Shown here one piece after another: positions 1-17,838 of a stretch of DNA of 64,000 nucleotides. Each line of letters begins with the position of its first letter. Positions within the stretch are counted from its first letter, which is position 1. Below the pieces are notes generated by a model, which saw only the letters and a list, made by a program, of their open reading frames with translations, did no database searches and had not been told where the DNA came from. The stretch lies in contig OZ024740.1 in assembly GCA_964016885.1 (NCBI GenBank), forward strand, positions 427,924,001 through 427,988,000, in the 5' to 3' direction. Made by a program: the position numbers and the translations under genes. This stretch comes from Eledone cirrhosa. Lineage: Eukaryota.

Positions 1-3000
1 TAACACATACAGTAATACACAAACACATACAGTAATAATACATACAATAATACACAAACACATGGAGTAATAATACATACAGTAATACACAAACACATAG
101 AGGAATAATACATACAGTAATACACAAACACATACAGTTATAACACATACAGTAATACACAAACACATACAGTAATAATACATACAATAATACACAAACA
201 CATGGAGTAATAATACATACAGTAATACACAAACACATAGAGTAATAACACATACAGTAATACACAAACACATACAGTAATAATACATACAGTAATACAC
301 AAACACATAGAGTAATAATACATACAGTAATACACAAACACATACAGTAATAACACATACAGTAATACACAAACACATACAGTAATAACACATACAGTAA
401 TACACAAACACATACAGTAATACACAAACACATACAGTAATACACATACAATAATAACACATACAGTAATACACAAACACATACAGTAATAATACATACA
501 GTAATACACAAACACATACACTAATAACACATACAGTAATACACAAACACATAGAGTAATAACACATACAGTAATACACAAACACCTAAAATAATAATAC
601 ATACAGTAATACACAAACACATATAATAATAACACATATAGTAATACACAAACACATTCAGTAATAACACATACAGTAATACACAAACACATACAGTAAT
701 AACGCATACAGTAATACACAAACACATACAATAATAACACATACAGTAATACACAAACACATACAGTAATAATACATGCAGTAATACACAAACACATACA
801 GTAATAACACATACAGTAATACACAAACACATAGAGTAATAACACATACAGTAATACACAAACACATAGAGTAATAACACATACATTAATACACAAACAC
901 ATAGAGTAATAACACATAGAGTAATACACAAACACATACAGTAATAATACATACAGTAATACACAAACACATACAGTAATAATACATACAGTAATACACA
1001 AACACATACAGTAATAACACATACAGTAATACACAAACACATAGAGTAATAACACATACAGTAATACACAAACACATAGAGTAATAACACATACAGTAAT
1101 ACACAAACACATAGAGTAATAACACATACAGTAATACAAAAACACATAGAGTAATAACACATACAGTAATACACAAACACATACAGTAATAACACATACA
1201 GTAATACACAAACACATACAGTAATAACATATACAGTAATACACAAACACATAGAGTAATAATACATACAGTAATACAGAAACACATACAATAATAACAC
1301 ATACAGTAATACACAAACACATACAGTAATAATACATACAGTAATACACAAACACATACAATAATAACACATACAGTAATACACAAACACATAGAGTAAT
1401 AACACATACAGTAATAACACATACAGTAATACACAAACACATACAGTAATAATACCTACAGTAATACACAAACACATACAGTAATAACACATACAGTAAT
1501 ACACAAACACATACAATAATAACACATACAGTAATACACAAACACATACAGTAATAATACATACAGTAATACACAAACACATACAGTAATAACACATACA
1601 GTAATACACAAACACATAGAGTAATAACACATACAGTAATACACAAACACATAGAGTAATAACACATACAGTAATACACAAACACATACAGTAATAATAC
1701 ATACAATAATAAACAAACACATACAGTAATAACACATACAGTAATACACAAACACATACAGTAATAACACATACAGTAATACACAAACACATACAATAAT
1801 AACACATACAGTAATACACAAACACATACAGTAATAACACATACAGTAATACACAAACACATACAGTAATAACACATACAGTAATACACAAACACATAGA
1901 GTAATAATACATACAGTAATAATACATACAGTAATAATACATACTGTAATACAATAATAACACATACAGTAATACACAAACACATACAATAATAACACAT
2001 ACAGTAATACATAAACACATACAGTAATAATTCATACAGTAATACACAAGCACATACAGTAATAATACATACAGTAATACACAAACACATACAGTAATAA
2101 TACATACAGTAATAGACAAACACATACAGTAATAATACATACAGTAATACACAAACACATACAGTAATACACAAACACATACAGTAATAATACATACAGT
2201 AATACACAAACACATACAGTAATAACACATACAGTAATACACAAACACATACAGTAATAACACATACAGTAATACACAGACACATACAATAATAACACAT
2301 ACAGTAATACACAAACACATACAGTAATAGCACATACAGTAATACACAAACACATACAGTAATAATACATACAGTAATACACAAACACATACAGTAATAA
2401 TACATACAATAATACACAAACACATACAATAATAACACATACAGTAATACACAAACACATACAGTAATAACACATACAGTAATACACAAACACATACAAT
2501 AATAACACATACAGTAATACACAAACACATACAGTAATAACACATACAGTAATACACAAACACATACAGTAATAACACATACAGTAATACACAAACACAT
2601 AGAGTAATAATACATACAGTAATACAAAAACACATACAATAATAACACATACAGTAATACACAAACACATACAATAATAACACATACAGTAATACATAAA
2701 CACATACAGTAATAATACATACAGTAATACACAAACACATACAGTAATAATACATACAGTAATACACAAACACATACAGTAATAATACATACAGTAATAC
2801 ACAAACACATAGAGTAATAACACATACAGTAATACACAAACACATACAGTAATACACAAACACATACAGTAATAATACATACAGTAATACACAAACACAT
2901 ACAGTAATAACACATACAGTAATACACAAACACATACAGTAATAATACATACAGTAATACACAAACACATACAGTAATAGACAAACACATACAGTAATAA

Positions 3001-6000
3001 TACATACAGTAATACATAAACACATACAGTAATAATACATACAGTAATACACAAACACATACAGTAATACACAAACACATACAGTAATAGACAAACACAT
3101 ACAATAATAACACATACAGTAATACACAAACACATACAGTAATAATACATACAGTAATACACAAACACATACAGTAATAATACATATAGTAATATACAAA
3201 CACATACAGTAATACACAAACACATACAGTAATAATACATACAGTAATACACAAACACATACAGTAATAACACATACAGTAATACACAAACACATACAGT
3301 AATACACAAACGCATACAGTAATACACAAACACATACAGTAATAACACATACAGTAATACACAAACACATACAGTAATAACACACAGTAATACACAAACA
3401 CATGCAATAATAACACATACAGTTATACACAAACACATACAGTAATAATACATACAGTAATACACAAACACATAGAGTAATAATACATACAGTAATACAC
3501 AAACACATACAATAATAACACATACAGTAATACACAAACACATACAATATTAACACATACAGTAATACACAAACACATACAGTAATAATTCATACAGTAA
3601 TACACAAGCACATACAGTAATAATACATACAGTAATACACAAACACATACAGTAATAATACATACAGTAATACACAAACACATACAGTAATACACAAACA
3701 CATACAGTAATAATACATACAGTAATACACAAACACATACAGTAATAACACATACAGTAATACACAAACACATACAGTAATAACACATACAGTAATACAC
3801 AAACACATACAGTAATAATACATACAGTAATACACAAACACATACAATAATAACACATACAGTAATACACAAACACATAGAGTAATAACACATACAGTAA
3901 TAACACATACAGTAATACACAAACACATACAGTAATAATACATACAGTAATACACAAACACATACAGTAATAACACATACAGTAATACACAAACACATAC
4001 AATAATAACACATACAGTAATACACAAACACATACAGTAATAATACATACAGTAATACACAAACACATACAGTAATACACAAACACATAGAGTAATAACA
4101 CATACAGTAATACACAAACACATAGAGTAATAACACATACAGTAATACACAAACACATAGAGTAATAACACATACAGTAATACACAAACACATACAGTAA
4201 TACACAAACACATAGAGTAATAACACATACAGTAATACACAAACACATACAATAATAACACATACAGTAATACACAAACACATACAGTAATAACACACAG
4301 TAATACACAAACACATAGAGTAATAACACATACAGTAATACACAAACACATACAGTAATAATACATACAGTAATACACAAACACATACAGTAATAATACA
4401 TACAGTAATACACAAACACATACAGTAATAATACATACAGTAATACACAAACACATAGAGTAATAACACATACAGTAATACACAAACACATACAGTAATA
4501 CACAAACACATACAGTAATAACACATACAGTAATACACAAACACATACAGTAATAACACACAGTAATACACAAATACATACAATAATAACACATACAGTA
4601 ATACACAAACACATACATTAATAACACATACAGTAATACACAAACACATACAGTAATAATACATACAGTAATACACAAACACATACAGTAATACACAAAC
4701 ACATACAGTAATAATACATACAGTAATACATAAACACATACAGTAATAATACATACAGTAATACACAAACACATACAGTAATACACAAACACATACAGTA
4801 ATAGACAAACACATACAATAATAACACATACAGTAATACACAAACACATACAGTAATAATACATACAGTAATACACAAACACATACAGTAATAATACATA
4901 TAGTAATATACAAACACATACAGTAATACACAAACACATACAGTAATAATACATACAGTAATACACAAACACATACAGTAATAACACATACAGTAATACA
5001 CAAACACATACAGTAATACACAAACGCATACAGTAATACACAAACACATACAGTAATAACACATACAGTAATACACAAACACATACAGTAATAACACACA
5101 GTAATACACAAACACATGCAATAATAACACATACAGTTATACACAAACACATACAGTAATAATACATACAGTAATACACAAACACATAGAGTAATAATAC
5201 ATACAGTAATACACAAACACATACAATAATAACACATACAGTAATACACAAACACATACAATATTAACACATACAGTAATACACAAACACATACAGTAAT
5301 AATTCATACAGTAATACACAAGCACATACAGTAATAATACATACAGTAATACACAAACACATACAGTAATAATACATACAGTAATACACAAACACATACA
5401 GTAATACACAAACACATACAGTAATAATACATACAGTAATACACAAACACATACAGTAATAACACATACAGTAATACACAAACACATACAGTAATAACAC
5501 ATACAGTAATACACAAACACATACAGTAATAATACATACAGTAATACACAAACACATACAATAATAACACATACAGTAATACACAAACACATAGAGTAAT
5601 AACACATACAGTAATAACACATACAGTAATACACAAACACATACAGTAATAATACATACAGTAATACACAAACACATACAGTAATAACACATACAGTAAT
5701 ACACAAACACATACAATAATAACACATACAGTAATACACAAACACATACAGTAATAATACATACAGTAATACACAAACACATACAGTAATACACAAACAC
5801 ATAGAGTAATAACACATACAGTAATACACAAACACATAGAGTAATAACACATACAGTAATACACAAACACATAGAGTAATAACACATACAGTAATACACA
5901 AACACATACAGTAATACACAAACACATAGAGTAATAACACATACAGTAATACACAAACACATACAATAATAACACATACAGTAATACACAAACACATACA

Positions 6001-9000
6001 GTAATAACACACAGTAATACACAAACACATAGAGTAATAACACATACAGTAATACACAAACACATACAGTAATAATACATACAGTAATACACAAACACAT
6101 ACAGTAATAATACATACAGTAATACACAAACACATACAGTAATAATACATACAGTAATACACAAACACATAGAGTAATAACACATACAGTAATACACAAA
6201 CACATACAGTAATACACAAACACATACAGTAATAACACATACAGTAATACACAAACACATACAGTAATAACACACAGTAATACACAAATACATACAATAA
6301 TAACACATACAGTAATACACAAACACATACATTAATAACACATACAGTAATACACAAACACATACAGTAATAATACATACAGTAATACACAAACACATAC
6401 AGTAATACACAAACACATACAGTAATAATACATACAGTAATACATAAACACATACAGTAATAATACATACAGTAATACACAAACACATACAGTAATACAC
6501 AAACACATACAATAATAACACATACAGTAATACACAAACACATGCAGTAATAATACATACAGTAATACACAAACACATACAGTAATAACACATACAGTAA
6601 TACACAAACACATAGAGTAATAATACATACAGTAATACACAAACACATACAGTAATTACACATACAGTAATACACAAACATATACAATAATAACACATAC
6701 AGTAATACACAAACACATACAGTAATAATACATACAGTAATACACAAACACATACAGTAATAACACATACAGTAATACACAAACACATAGACTAATAACA
6801 CATACAGTAATACACAAACACATAGAGTAATAACACATACAGTAATACACAAACACATAGAGTAATAACACATACAGTAATACACAAACACATACAATAA
6901 TAACACATACAGTAATACACAAACACACACAGTAATAACACATACCGTAATACACAAACACATAGAGTAATAATACATACAGTAATACACAAACACATAG
7001 AGTAATAACACATACAGTAATACACAAACACATACAATAATAACACATACAGTAATACACAAACACATACAGTAATAACACATACAGTAATACACAAACA
7101 CATAGAGTAATAACACATACAGTAATACACAAACACATACAGTAATAATACATACAGTAATACACAAACACATACAGTAATAATACATACAGTAATACAC
7201 AAACACATACAGCAATACACAAACACATAGAGTAATAACACATACAGTAATACACAAACACATACAATAATAACACATACAGTAATACACAAACACATAC
7301 AGTAATACACAAACACATACAGTAATAACACATACAGTAATACACAAACACATAGAGTAATAACACATACAGTAATACACAAACACATACAATAATAACA
7401 CATACAGTAATACACAAACACATACAGTAATAATACATACAGTAATACACAAATACATACAGTAATAACACATAGAGTAATACACAAACACATACAGTAA
7501 TGATACATACAGTAATACACAAACACATAGAGTAATAATACATACAGTAATACACAAACACCTAAAATAATAATACATACAGTAATACACAAACACATAT
7601 AATAATAACACATATAGTAATACACAAACACATAGAGTAATAATACATAGAGTAATACACAAACACATACAGTAATAATACATACAGTAATAATACATAC
7701 AGTAATGCACAAACACATAGAGTAATAATACATACAGTAATACACAAACACATACAGTAATAATACATACAGTGATACACAAATACATACAGTAATAATA
7801 CATACAGTAATACACTAACACATACAGTAATAACACATACAGTAATAACACATACAGTAATAACACATACAGTAATGCACAAACACATACAGTAATAATA
7901 CATACAGTAATAATACATACAGTAATACACAAACACATAGAGTAATAATACATACAGTAATACACAAACACATACAGTAATAATACATACAGTAATACAC
8001 AAACACATACAGTAATAACACATACAGTAATACACAAACACATAGAGTAATAACACATACAGTAATACACAAACACATAGAGTAATAACACATACAGTAA
8101 TACACAAACACATAGAGTAATAACACATACAGTAATACACAAACACATACAGTAATACACAAACACATAGAGTAATAACACAGACAGTAATACACAAACA
8201 CATACAATAATAACACATACAGTAGTACACAAACACATACAGTAATAACACACAGTAATACACAAACACATAGAGTAATAACACATACAGTAATACACAA
8301 ACACATACAGTGATAATACATACAGTAATACACAAACACATACAGTAATAATACATACAGTAATACACAAACACATACAGTAATAATACATACAGTAATA
8401 CACAAACACATAGAGTAATAACACATACAGTAATACACAAACAGATACAGTAATACACAAACACATACAGTAATAACACATACAGTAATACACAAACACA
8501 TACAGTAATAACACACAGTAATACACAAACACATACAATAATAACACATACAGTAATACACAAACACATACATTAATAACACATACAGTAATACACAAAC
8601 ACATACAGTAATAATACATACAGTAATACACAAACACATACAGTAATACACAAACACATACAGTAATAATACATACAGTAATACATAAACACATACAGTA
8701 ATAATACATACAGTAATACACAAACACATACAGTAATACACAAACACATACAATAATAACACATACAGTAATACACAAACACATACAGTAATAATACATA
8801 CAGTAATACACAAGCACATACAGTAATAATACATACAGTAATACACAAACACATACAGTAATAATACATACAGTAATACACAAACACATACAGTAATAAT
8901 ACATACAGTAATACACAAACACATACAGTAATAACACATACAGTAATAATACATACAGTAATACACAAACACATACAGTAATAACACATACAGTAATACA

Positions 9001-11378
9001 CAAACACATAGAGTAATAATACATACAGTAATACACAAACACATAGAGTAATAACACATACAGTAATACACAAACACATACAATAATAACACATACAGTA
9101 ATACACAAACACATACAGTAATAACACATACAGTAATACACAAACACATAGAGTAATAACACATACAGTAATACACAAACACATACAGTAATGATACATA
9201 CAGTAATACACAAACACATACAGTAATAATACATACAGTAATACACAAACACATACAGTAATACACAAACACATAGAGTAATAACACACACAGTAATACA
9301 CAAACACATACAATAATAACACATACAGTAATACACAAACACATACAGTAATACACAAACACATACAGTAATAACACATACAGTAATACACAAACACATA
9401 GAGTAATAACACATACAGTAATATAATAACACATACAGTAATACACAAACACATACAGTAATAATACATACAGTAATACACAAATACATACAGTAATAAC
9501 ACATACAGTAATACACAAACACATACAGTAATGATACATACAGTAATACACAAACACATAGAGTAATAATACATACAGTAATACACAAACACATATAATA
9601 ATAACACATATAGTAATACACAAACACATAGAGTAATAATACATAGAGTAATACACAAACACATACAGTAATAATACATACAGTAATAATACATACAGTA
9701 ATGCACAAACACATAGAGTAATAATACATACAGTAATACACAAACACATACAGTAATAATACATACAGTGATACACAAATACATACAGTAATAATACATA
9801 CAGTAATACACTAACACATACAGTAATAACACATACAGTAATAACACATACAGTAATGCACAAACACATACAGTAATAACACATACAGTAATACACAAAC
9901 ACATACAATAATAACACATACAGTAATACACAAACACATAGAGTAATAATACATACAGTAATACACAAACACATACAGTAATAATACATGCAGTAATAAT
10001 ACATACAGTAATACACAAACACATAGAGTAATAATACATACAGTAATACACAAACACATACAGTAATAATACATACAGTAATACACAAACACATACAGTA
10101 ATAACACATACAGTAATACACAAACACATAGAGTAATAATACATACAGTAATACACAAACACATACAGTAATAACACATACAGTAATACACAAACACATA
10201 CAATAATAACACATACAGTAATACACAAACACATACAGTAATAATACATACAGTAATACACAAACACATACAGTAATAACACATACAGTAATACACAAAC
10301 ATATAGAGTAATAACACATACAGTAATACACAAACACCTAGAGTAATAACACATACAGTAATACACAAACACATACAGTAATAATACATACAGTAATACA
10401 CAAACACATAGAGTAATAATACATACAGTAATACACAAACACATAGAGTAATAACACATACAGTAATACACAAACACATACAGTAATACACAAACACATA
10501 CAATAATAATACATACAGTAATACACAAAAACATAGAGTAATAACACATACAGTAATACACAAACACATACAGTAATAATACATACAGTAATACACAAAC
10601 ACATAGAGTAATAACACATACAGTAATACACAAACACATACAATAATCATACATACAGTAATACACAAACACATACAGTAATAACACATACAGTAATACA
10701 CAAACACATACAGTAATAATACATACAGTAATACACAAACACATAGAGTAATAACACATACAGTAATACACAAACACATACAGTAATACACAAACACATA
10801 CAGTAATAATACATACAGTAATACACAAACACATACAGTAATAATACATACAGTAATACACAAACACATAGAGTAATAATACATACAGTAATACACAAAC
10901 ACATAGAGTAATAATACATACAGTAATACACAAACACATAGAGTAATAATACATACAGTAATACACAAACACATAGAGTAATAATACATACAGTAATACA
11001 CAAACACATAGAGTAATAATACATACAGTAATACACAAACACATAGAGTGATAATACATACAGTAATACACAAACACATAGAGTAATAACACATACAGTA
11101 ATACACAAACACATACAGTAATAACACATACAGTAATACACAAACGCATACAGTAATAATACATACGGTAATACACAAACACATACAGTAATAATACATA
11201 CAGTAATACACAAACACATACGGTAATAATACATACAGTAATACACAAACATATACAGTAATAATACATACAGTAATACACAAACACATACAGTAATAAC
11301 ACATACAGTAATACACAAACACATACAGTAATAACACATACAGTAATACACAAACACATACAGTAATAATACATACAG
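1..11378. repeat. Satellite with ~35-bp composite unit (20-mer AGTAATACACAAACACATAC + 15-mer AGTAATAA[C/T]ACATAC); truncated by window start
   Basis: Alternating 20- and 15-nt subunits read directly, with occasional doubled subunits; identical ORF translations 1714 bp apart (3550-4614 and 5264-6328) show a higher-order duplication. Confidence 0.97.
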
Positions 11379-11609
11379 AAACGATTACTTGCAGATTTGT
11401 GCGTAAAAAAGAATGTGTTTTATTTTCCATATTCTTATAAAACGTATGTTGTGTTAACACATACATAAACACAGTTGTATATATACATTTGTATATACAT
11501 CTACACACCGTGTGAAACACTACTACACGCACTTATTTCTACACAGTGACATACACGAATACATATCTATATATATACATATATAAATGCATACGTAGAT
11601 ATATGTATG

Positions 11610-11677
<68 letters not shown>

Positions 11678-11775
11678 TGTGGGTGTCTGTATGTATATAA
11701 ATGTGTATAAAAACATTTACACCCAAAACACATACACACTTATACGCAAACGCACGCACACACAGACCCCCCCCC

Positions 11776-11820
<45 letters not shown>

Positions 11821-11859
11821 TATAAGTATAAATATAATAGATGTTCTTTTGATGAATTA

Positions 11860-11914
11860 CATTTTATTATACATATTTCGGATGTACAACAGTACGTCCT
11901 CATCAGACAAAATA
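11860..11914 (-). ncRNA. Type I hammerhead ribozyme (minimal stem III)
   Basis: Minus strand: UAUUUUGU-CUGAUGA-GGACGUAC(UGUU)GUACAUCC-GAAA-UAUGUA-UA^-AUAAAAUG; 8-bp stem I with two G-U, 8-bp stem II with one mismatch, AUA site; 3' side runs into (TA)n at ~11815. Confidence 0.8.
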
Positions 11915-11971
11915 TAATGATTCATGACATACCCTGAGATGTTAAATGGTTAAGATTTAATCAAGGTAGTC

Positions 11972-14900
11972 AGCCTATGTATCTGACATAACCAAGACAT
12001 CCTATATGTCTGACATAACTAATCCATCCTATGTATCTGACATAACTAAGCCATCCTATGTATCTGACATAACTAAGCCATCCTATGTATCTGACATAAC
12101 TAAGCCATCCTGTGTATAAGACATAACTAAGCCATCCTATATATCTGACATAACAAAGCCATCCTATGTATCTGACATAACTAAGCAATCCTGTGTATAA
12201 GACATAACTAAGCCAACCTATATGTCTGACATAACTAAGCCATCCTATGTATCAGACATAACTAAGCCATCCTATGTATCTGACATAACCAAGCCATCCT
12301 ATGTATCTGACATAACTAAGCCATCCTATTTATCTGACATGACTAAGCCACCCTATGTATCTGACATAACTAAGCCATCCTATGTACCTGACATGACTAA
12401 GCCACCCTATGTATCTGACATAACTAAGCCATCCTCTGTATCAGACATACTAAGCCATCCTATGTATCTGACATAACCAAGCCATCCTATATGTCTGACA
12501 TAACGAAGCCATCCTATGTATCAGACATAACTAAGCCATCCTATGTATCTGACATAACTAAGCCATCCTAACTATCAGACATAACCAAGCCATCCTATGT
12601 ACCTGACATAACTAAGCCATCCTATATATCAGACATAACCAAGCCATTCTATGTACCTGACATGACTAAGCCATCCTATGTATCAGACATAATCAAGCCA
12701 TCCTAACTATCTGACATAACTAAGCCATCCTATGTATCAGACATAACTAAGCCATCCTATTTATCAGACATAACAAAGCCATCCTAACTATCAGACATAA
12801 CCAAGCCATCCTATGTATCAGACATAACTAAGCCATCCTATGTATCAGACATAACCAAGCAATCATATGTATCAGACATAACCAAGCCAACCTATTTATC
12901 TGATATAACCAAGCCATCCTATGTATCAGACATAACTAAGCCATCCTATGTATCAGACATAACTAAGCCATCCTATGTACCTGATATAACCAAGCCATCC
13001 TATGTATCAGACATAACTAAGCCATCCTATGTATCAGACATAACCAATCCATCCTATGTATCAGACATAACCAAGCCATCCTATGTATCTGACATAACCA
13101 AGCCATCCTAAGTATCTGACATAAACAAGCCATCCTATGTATCTGACATAACCAAGCCATCCTATGTATCTGACATAACCAATCCATCCTATGTATCAGA
13201 CATAACCAAGCCATCCTATGTATCAGACATAATTGAGCCATCCTATGTATCAGACATAACCAAGCCATCCTATGTATCTGACATAACCAAGCCATCCTAT
13301 GTATCAGACATTACCAAGCCATTCTATGTATCTGACATAACCAAGCCATCCTATGTATCTGACATAACCAAGCCATCCCATGTATCAGACATAATTAAGC
13401 CATCCTATTTATCTGACATAAACAAGCCATCCTAATTATCTGACATAACTTAGCCTTCCTATGTATCTGACATAACTAAGCCATCCTATTTATCAGACAT
13501 AACCAAGCCATCCTATGTATCTGACATAACTAAGCCATCATATGTATCAGACATAAACAAGCCATCCTATTTATCTGACATAGCCAAGCCATCCTATGTA
13601 TCTGACATAACTAAGCCATCCTATTTATCTGACATAACCAAGCCATCCTATTTATCTGACATAACCAAGCCATCCTATGTATCTGACATAACCAAGCCAT
13701 CCTATGTATCTGACATAACTAAGCCATCCTATTTATCTGACATAATTAAGCCATCCTATTTATCTGACATAACTAAGCCATCCTATTTATCTGACATAAC
13801 CAAGCCATCCTATGTATCTGACATAACCAAGCCATCCTATTTATCTGATATAATTAAGCCATCCTATCTATCTGACATAACCAAGCCATCCTATGTATCT
13901 GACATAACCAAGCCATCCTATGTATCTGACATAATTAAGCAATCATATTTATCTGACATAACCAAGCCATCCTATGTATCTGACATAACCAAGCCATCCT
14001 ATTTATCTGATATAATTAAGCCATCCTATCTATCTGACATAACCAAGCCATCCTATGTATCTGACATAACCAAGCCATCCTATGTATCTGACATAATTAA
14101 GCCATCCTATGTATCTGACATAACCAAGCCATCCTATTTATCTGACATAACCAAGCCATCCTATGTATCTGACATAATTAAGCCATCCTATGTATCTGAC
14201 ATAACCAAGCCATCCTATTTATCTGATATAATTAAGCCATCCTATCTATCTGACATAACCAAGCCATCCTATGTATCTGACATAACCAAGCCATCCTATG
14301 TATCTGACATAACCAAGCCATCCTATGTATCTGACATAATTAAGCAATTCTATTTATCTGACATAACCAAGCCATCCTATGTATCTGACATAACCAAGCC
14401 ATCCTATTTATCTGATATAATTAAGCCATCCTATCTATCTGACATAACCAAGCCATCCTATGTATCTGACATAACCAAGCCATCCTATGTATCTGACATA
14501 ATTAAGCCATTCTATGTATCTGACATAACCACGCCATCCTATTTATCTGACATAACCAAGCCATCCTATGTATCTGACATAATTAAGCCATCCTATGTAT
14601 CTGACATAACCAAGCCATCCTATTTATCTGATATAATTAAGCCATCCTATCTATCTGACATAACCAAGCCATCCTATGTATCTGACATAACCAAGCCATC
14701 CTATGTATCTGACATAATTAAGCCATCCTATCTATCTGACATAACCAAGCCATCCTATGTATCTGACATAACCAAGCCATCCTATTTATCTGACATAACC
14801 AAGCCATCCTATCTATCTGACATAACCAAGCCATCCTATGTATCTGACATAACCAAGCCATCCTATTTATCTGATATAATTAAGCCATCCTATCTATCTG

Positions 14901-17207
14901 ACATAACCAAGCCATCCTATGTATCTGACATAACCAAGCCATCCTATGTATCTGACATAATTAAGCAATCATATTTATCTGACATAACCAAGCCATCCTA
15001 TGTATCTGACATAACCAAGCCATCCTATTTATCTGATATAATTAAGCCATCCTATCTATCTGACATAACCAAGCCATCCTATGTATCTGACATAACCAAG
15101 CCATCCTATGTATCTGACATAATTAAGCCATCCTATGTATCTGACATAACCAAGCCATCCTATTTATCTGACATAACCAAGCCATCCTATGTATCTGACA
15201 TAATTAAGCCATCCTATGTATCTGACATAACCAAGCCATCCTATTTATCTGATATAATTAAGCCATCCTATCTATCTGACATAACCAAGCCATCCTATGT
15301 ATCTGACATAACCAAGCCATCCTATGTATCTGACATAACCAAGCCATCCTATGTATCTGACATAATTAAGCAATTCTATTTATCTGACATAACCAAGCCA
15401 TCCTATGTATCTGACATAACCAAGCCATCCTATTTATCTGATATAATTAAGCCATCCTATCTATCTGACATAACCAAGCCATCCTATGTATCTGACATAA
15501 CCAAGCCATCCTATGTATCTGACATAATTAAGCCATCCTATGTATCTGACATAACCACGCCATCCTATTTATCTGACATAACCAAGCCATCCTATGTATC
15601 TGACATAATTAAGCCATCCTATGTATCTGACATAACCAAGCCATCCTATTTATCTGATATAATTAAGCCATCCTATCTATCTGACATAACCAAGCCATCC
15701 TATGTATCTGACATAACCAAGCCATCCTATGTATCTGACATAATTAAGCCATCCTATCTATCTGACATAACCAAGCCATCCTATGTATCTGACATAACCA
15801 AGCCATCCTATTTATCTGACATAACCAAGCCATCCTATCTATCTGACATAACCAAGCCATCCTATGTATCTGACATAACCAAGCCATCCTATGTATCTGA
15901 CATAACCAAGCCATCCTATTTATCTGACATAACCAAGCCATCCTATGTATCTGACATAACGAAGCCATCCTATTTATCTGACATAACCAAGCCATCCTAT
16001 GTATCTGACATAATTAAGCCATCCTATGTATCTGACATAACCAAGCCATCCTATTTATCTGATATAATTAAGCCATCCTATCTATCTGACATAACCAAGC
16101 CATCCTATGTATCTGACATAACCAAGCCATCCTATGTATCTGACATAATTAAGCAATTCTATTTATCTGACATAACCAAGCCATCCTATGTATCTGACAT
16201 AACCAAGCCATCCTATTTATCTGATATAATTAAGCCATCCTATCTATCTGACATAACCAAGCCATCCTATGTATCTGACATAACCAAGCCATCCTATGTA
16301 TCTGACATAATTAAGCCATCCTATCTATCTGACATAACCAAGCCATCCTATGTATCTGACATAACCAAGCCATCCTATTTATCTGACATAACCAAGCCAT
16401 CCTCTCTATCTGACATAACCAAGCCATCCTATGTATCTGACATAACCAAGCCATCCTATGTATCTGACATAACCAAGCCATCCTATTTATCTGACATAAC
16501 CAAGCCATCCTATGTATCTGACATAACGAAGCCATCCTATTTATCTGACATAACCAAGCCATCCTATGTATCTGACATAACCAAGCCATCCTATGTATCT
16601 GACATAATTAAGCAATCCTATTTATCTGACATAACCAAGCCATCCTATTTATCTGACATAACCAAGCCATCCTATGTATCTGACATAACCAAGCCATCCT
16701 ATGTATCTGACATAATTAAGCCATCCTATTTATCTGACATAATTAAGCCATCCTATGTATCAGACATACTAAGCCATCCTATTTATCTGACATAACCAAG
16801 CCATCCTATGTATCTGACATAATTAAGCCATCCTATCTATCTGACATAACCAAGCCATCCTATTTATCTGACATAACCAAGCCATCCTATGTATCTGACA
16901 TAATTAAGCCATCCTATGTATCTGACATAACTAAGCCATCCTATGTATCTGACATAATTAAGCAATCCTATTTATCTGACATAACCAAGCCATCCTATGT
17001 ATCTGACATAATTAAGCCATCCTATTTATCTGACATAACCAAGCCATCCTATGTATCTGACATAATTAAGCCATCCTATCTATCTGACATAACTAAGCCA
17101 TCCTATTTATCTGACATAATTAAGCCATCCTATGTATCCGACATAACCAATCCATCCTATTTATCTGCCTTAATTAAGCCATCCTATTTATCTGACACAA
17201 CCAAGCG
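11972..17207. repeat. 27-bp minisatellite (AAGCCATCCTATGTATCTGACATAACC), ~190 copies
   Basis: Direct reading; 9-aa periodic ORFs (MAWLCQIHR). Rare variants recur 1026 bp (38 units) apart: AATCAT at 13941/14967, ACGCC at 14531/15557. Confidence 0.97.
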
Positions 17208-17477
17208 ATCACTAGCGTCAGTCTGTTACATCTGTTCTGTTTATAACATCGTATTTAATTATCGACATAATACTTCCCATGAAGTCCTGTACAGATAATA
17301 GCTCAAAGTGTGGAAACGAGAAGGTTTCGTTGTATAAGTTAGTAGATTCCAGAGAGAGAAAATATTCGATAGTCAAGGCGAGAATTATTGTCATCACAAG
17401 TATGTCGAATCATGTCTGACCTGTGGCTAAATAATGGTTTATAATCTAGACACATGGTCAGGAAATCTGGCGACTGG

Positions 17478-17645
17478 AAATCCGATCAAATCGAACCAGG
17501 TTCTTGACTGGCACTTTATTTTATCAATCTCGGAAGTATGAAACGCCAAGTTGACCATGGTCGGATTTGAACTTAAAGCTTAATGAGCCAGGAAAATACT
17601 GATACGCATTTGTCCGACGCTCTAACGACTCCGTCAAACTGCTAA
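17478..17645 (-). mobile_element. Decayed tRNA-derived SINE, octopod type
   Basis: Minus strand has A-box/B-box-like head (GGAGTCGTTAGAGCGTCGG...AGTTCAAATCC) then the GATAAAATAAAGTGCCAGT body I recall from octopus SINEs; similar to 31497-31609. Confidence 0.7.
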
Positions 17646-17769
17646 ATTTTAACAACAATTATTTATCATCATACGAAGTATTGACGAGTGATGATTGTTC
17701 GTCCCTCTAGAAATATCAGCTGAGTAACTTCCCAAATCGTACCATAATGATTTAAAACGAAGTCATTAA

Positions 17770-17835
<66 letters not shown>

Positions 17836-17838
<3 letters not shown>

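Noticed and set aside
138-11532. Very long minus-strand ORFs (up to 1536 aa, C/V/Y/L-rich)
   Set aside because: Same periodic peptide in all three frames; translation of the 35-bp satellite.
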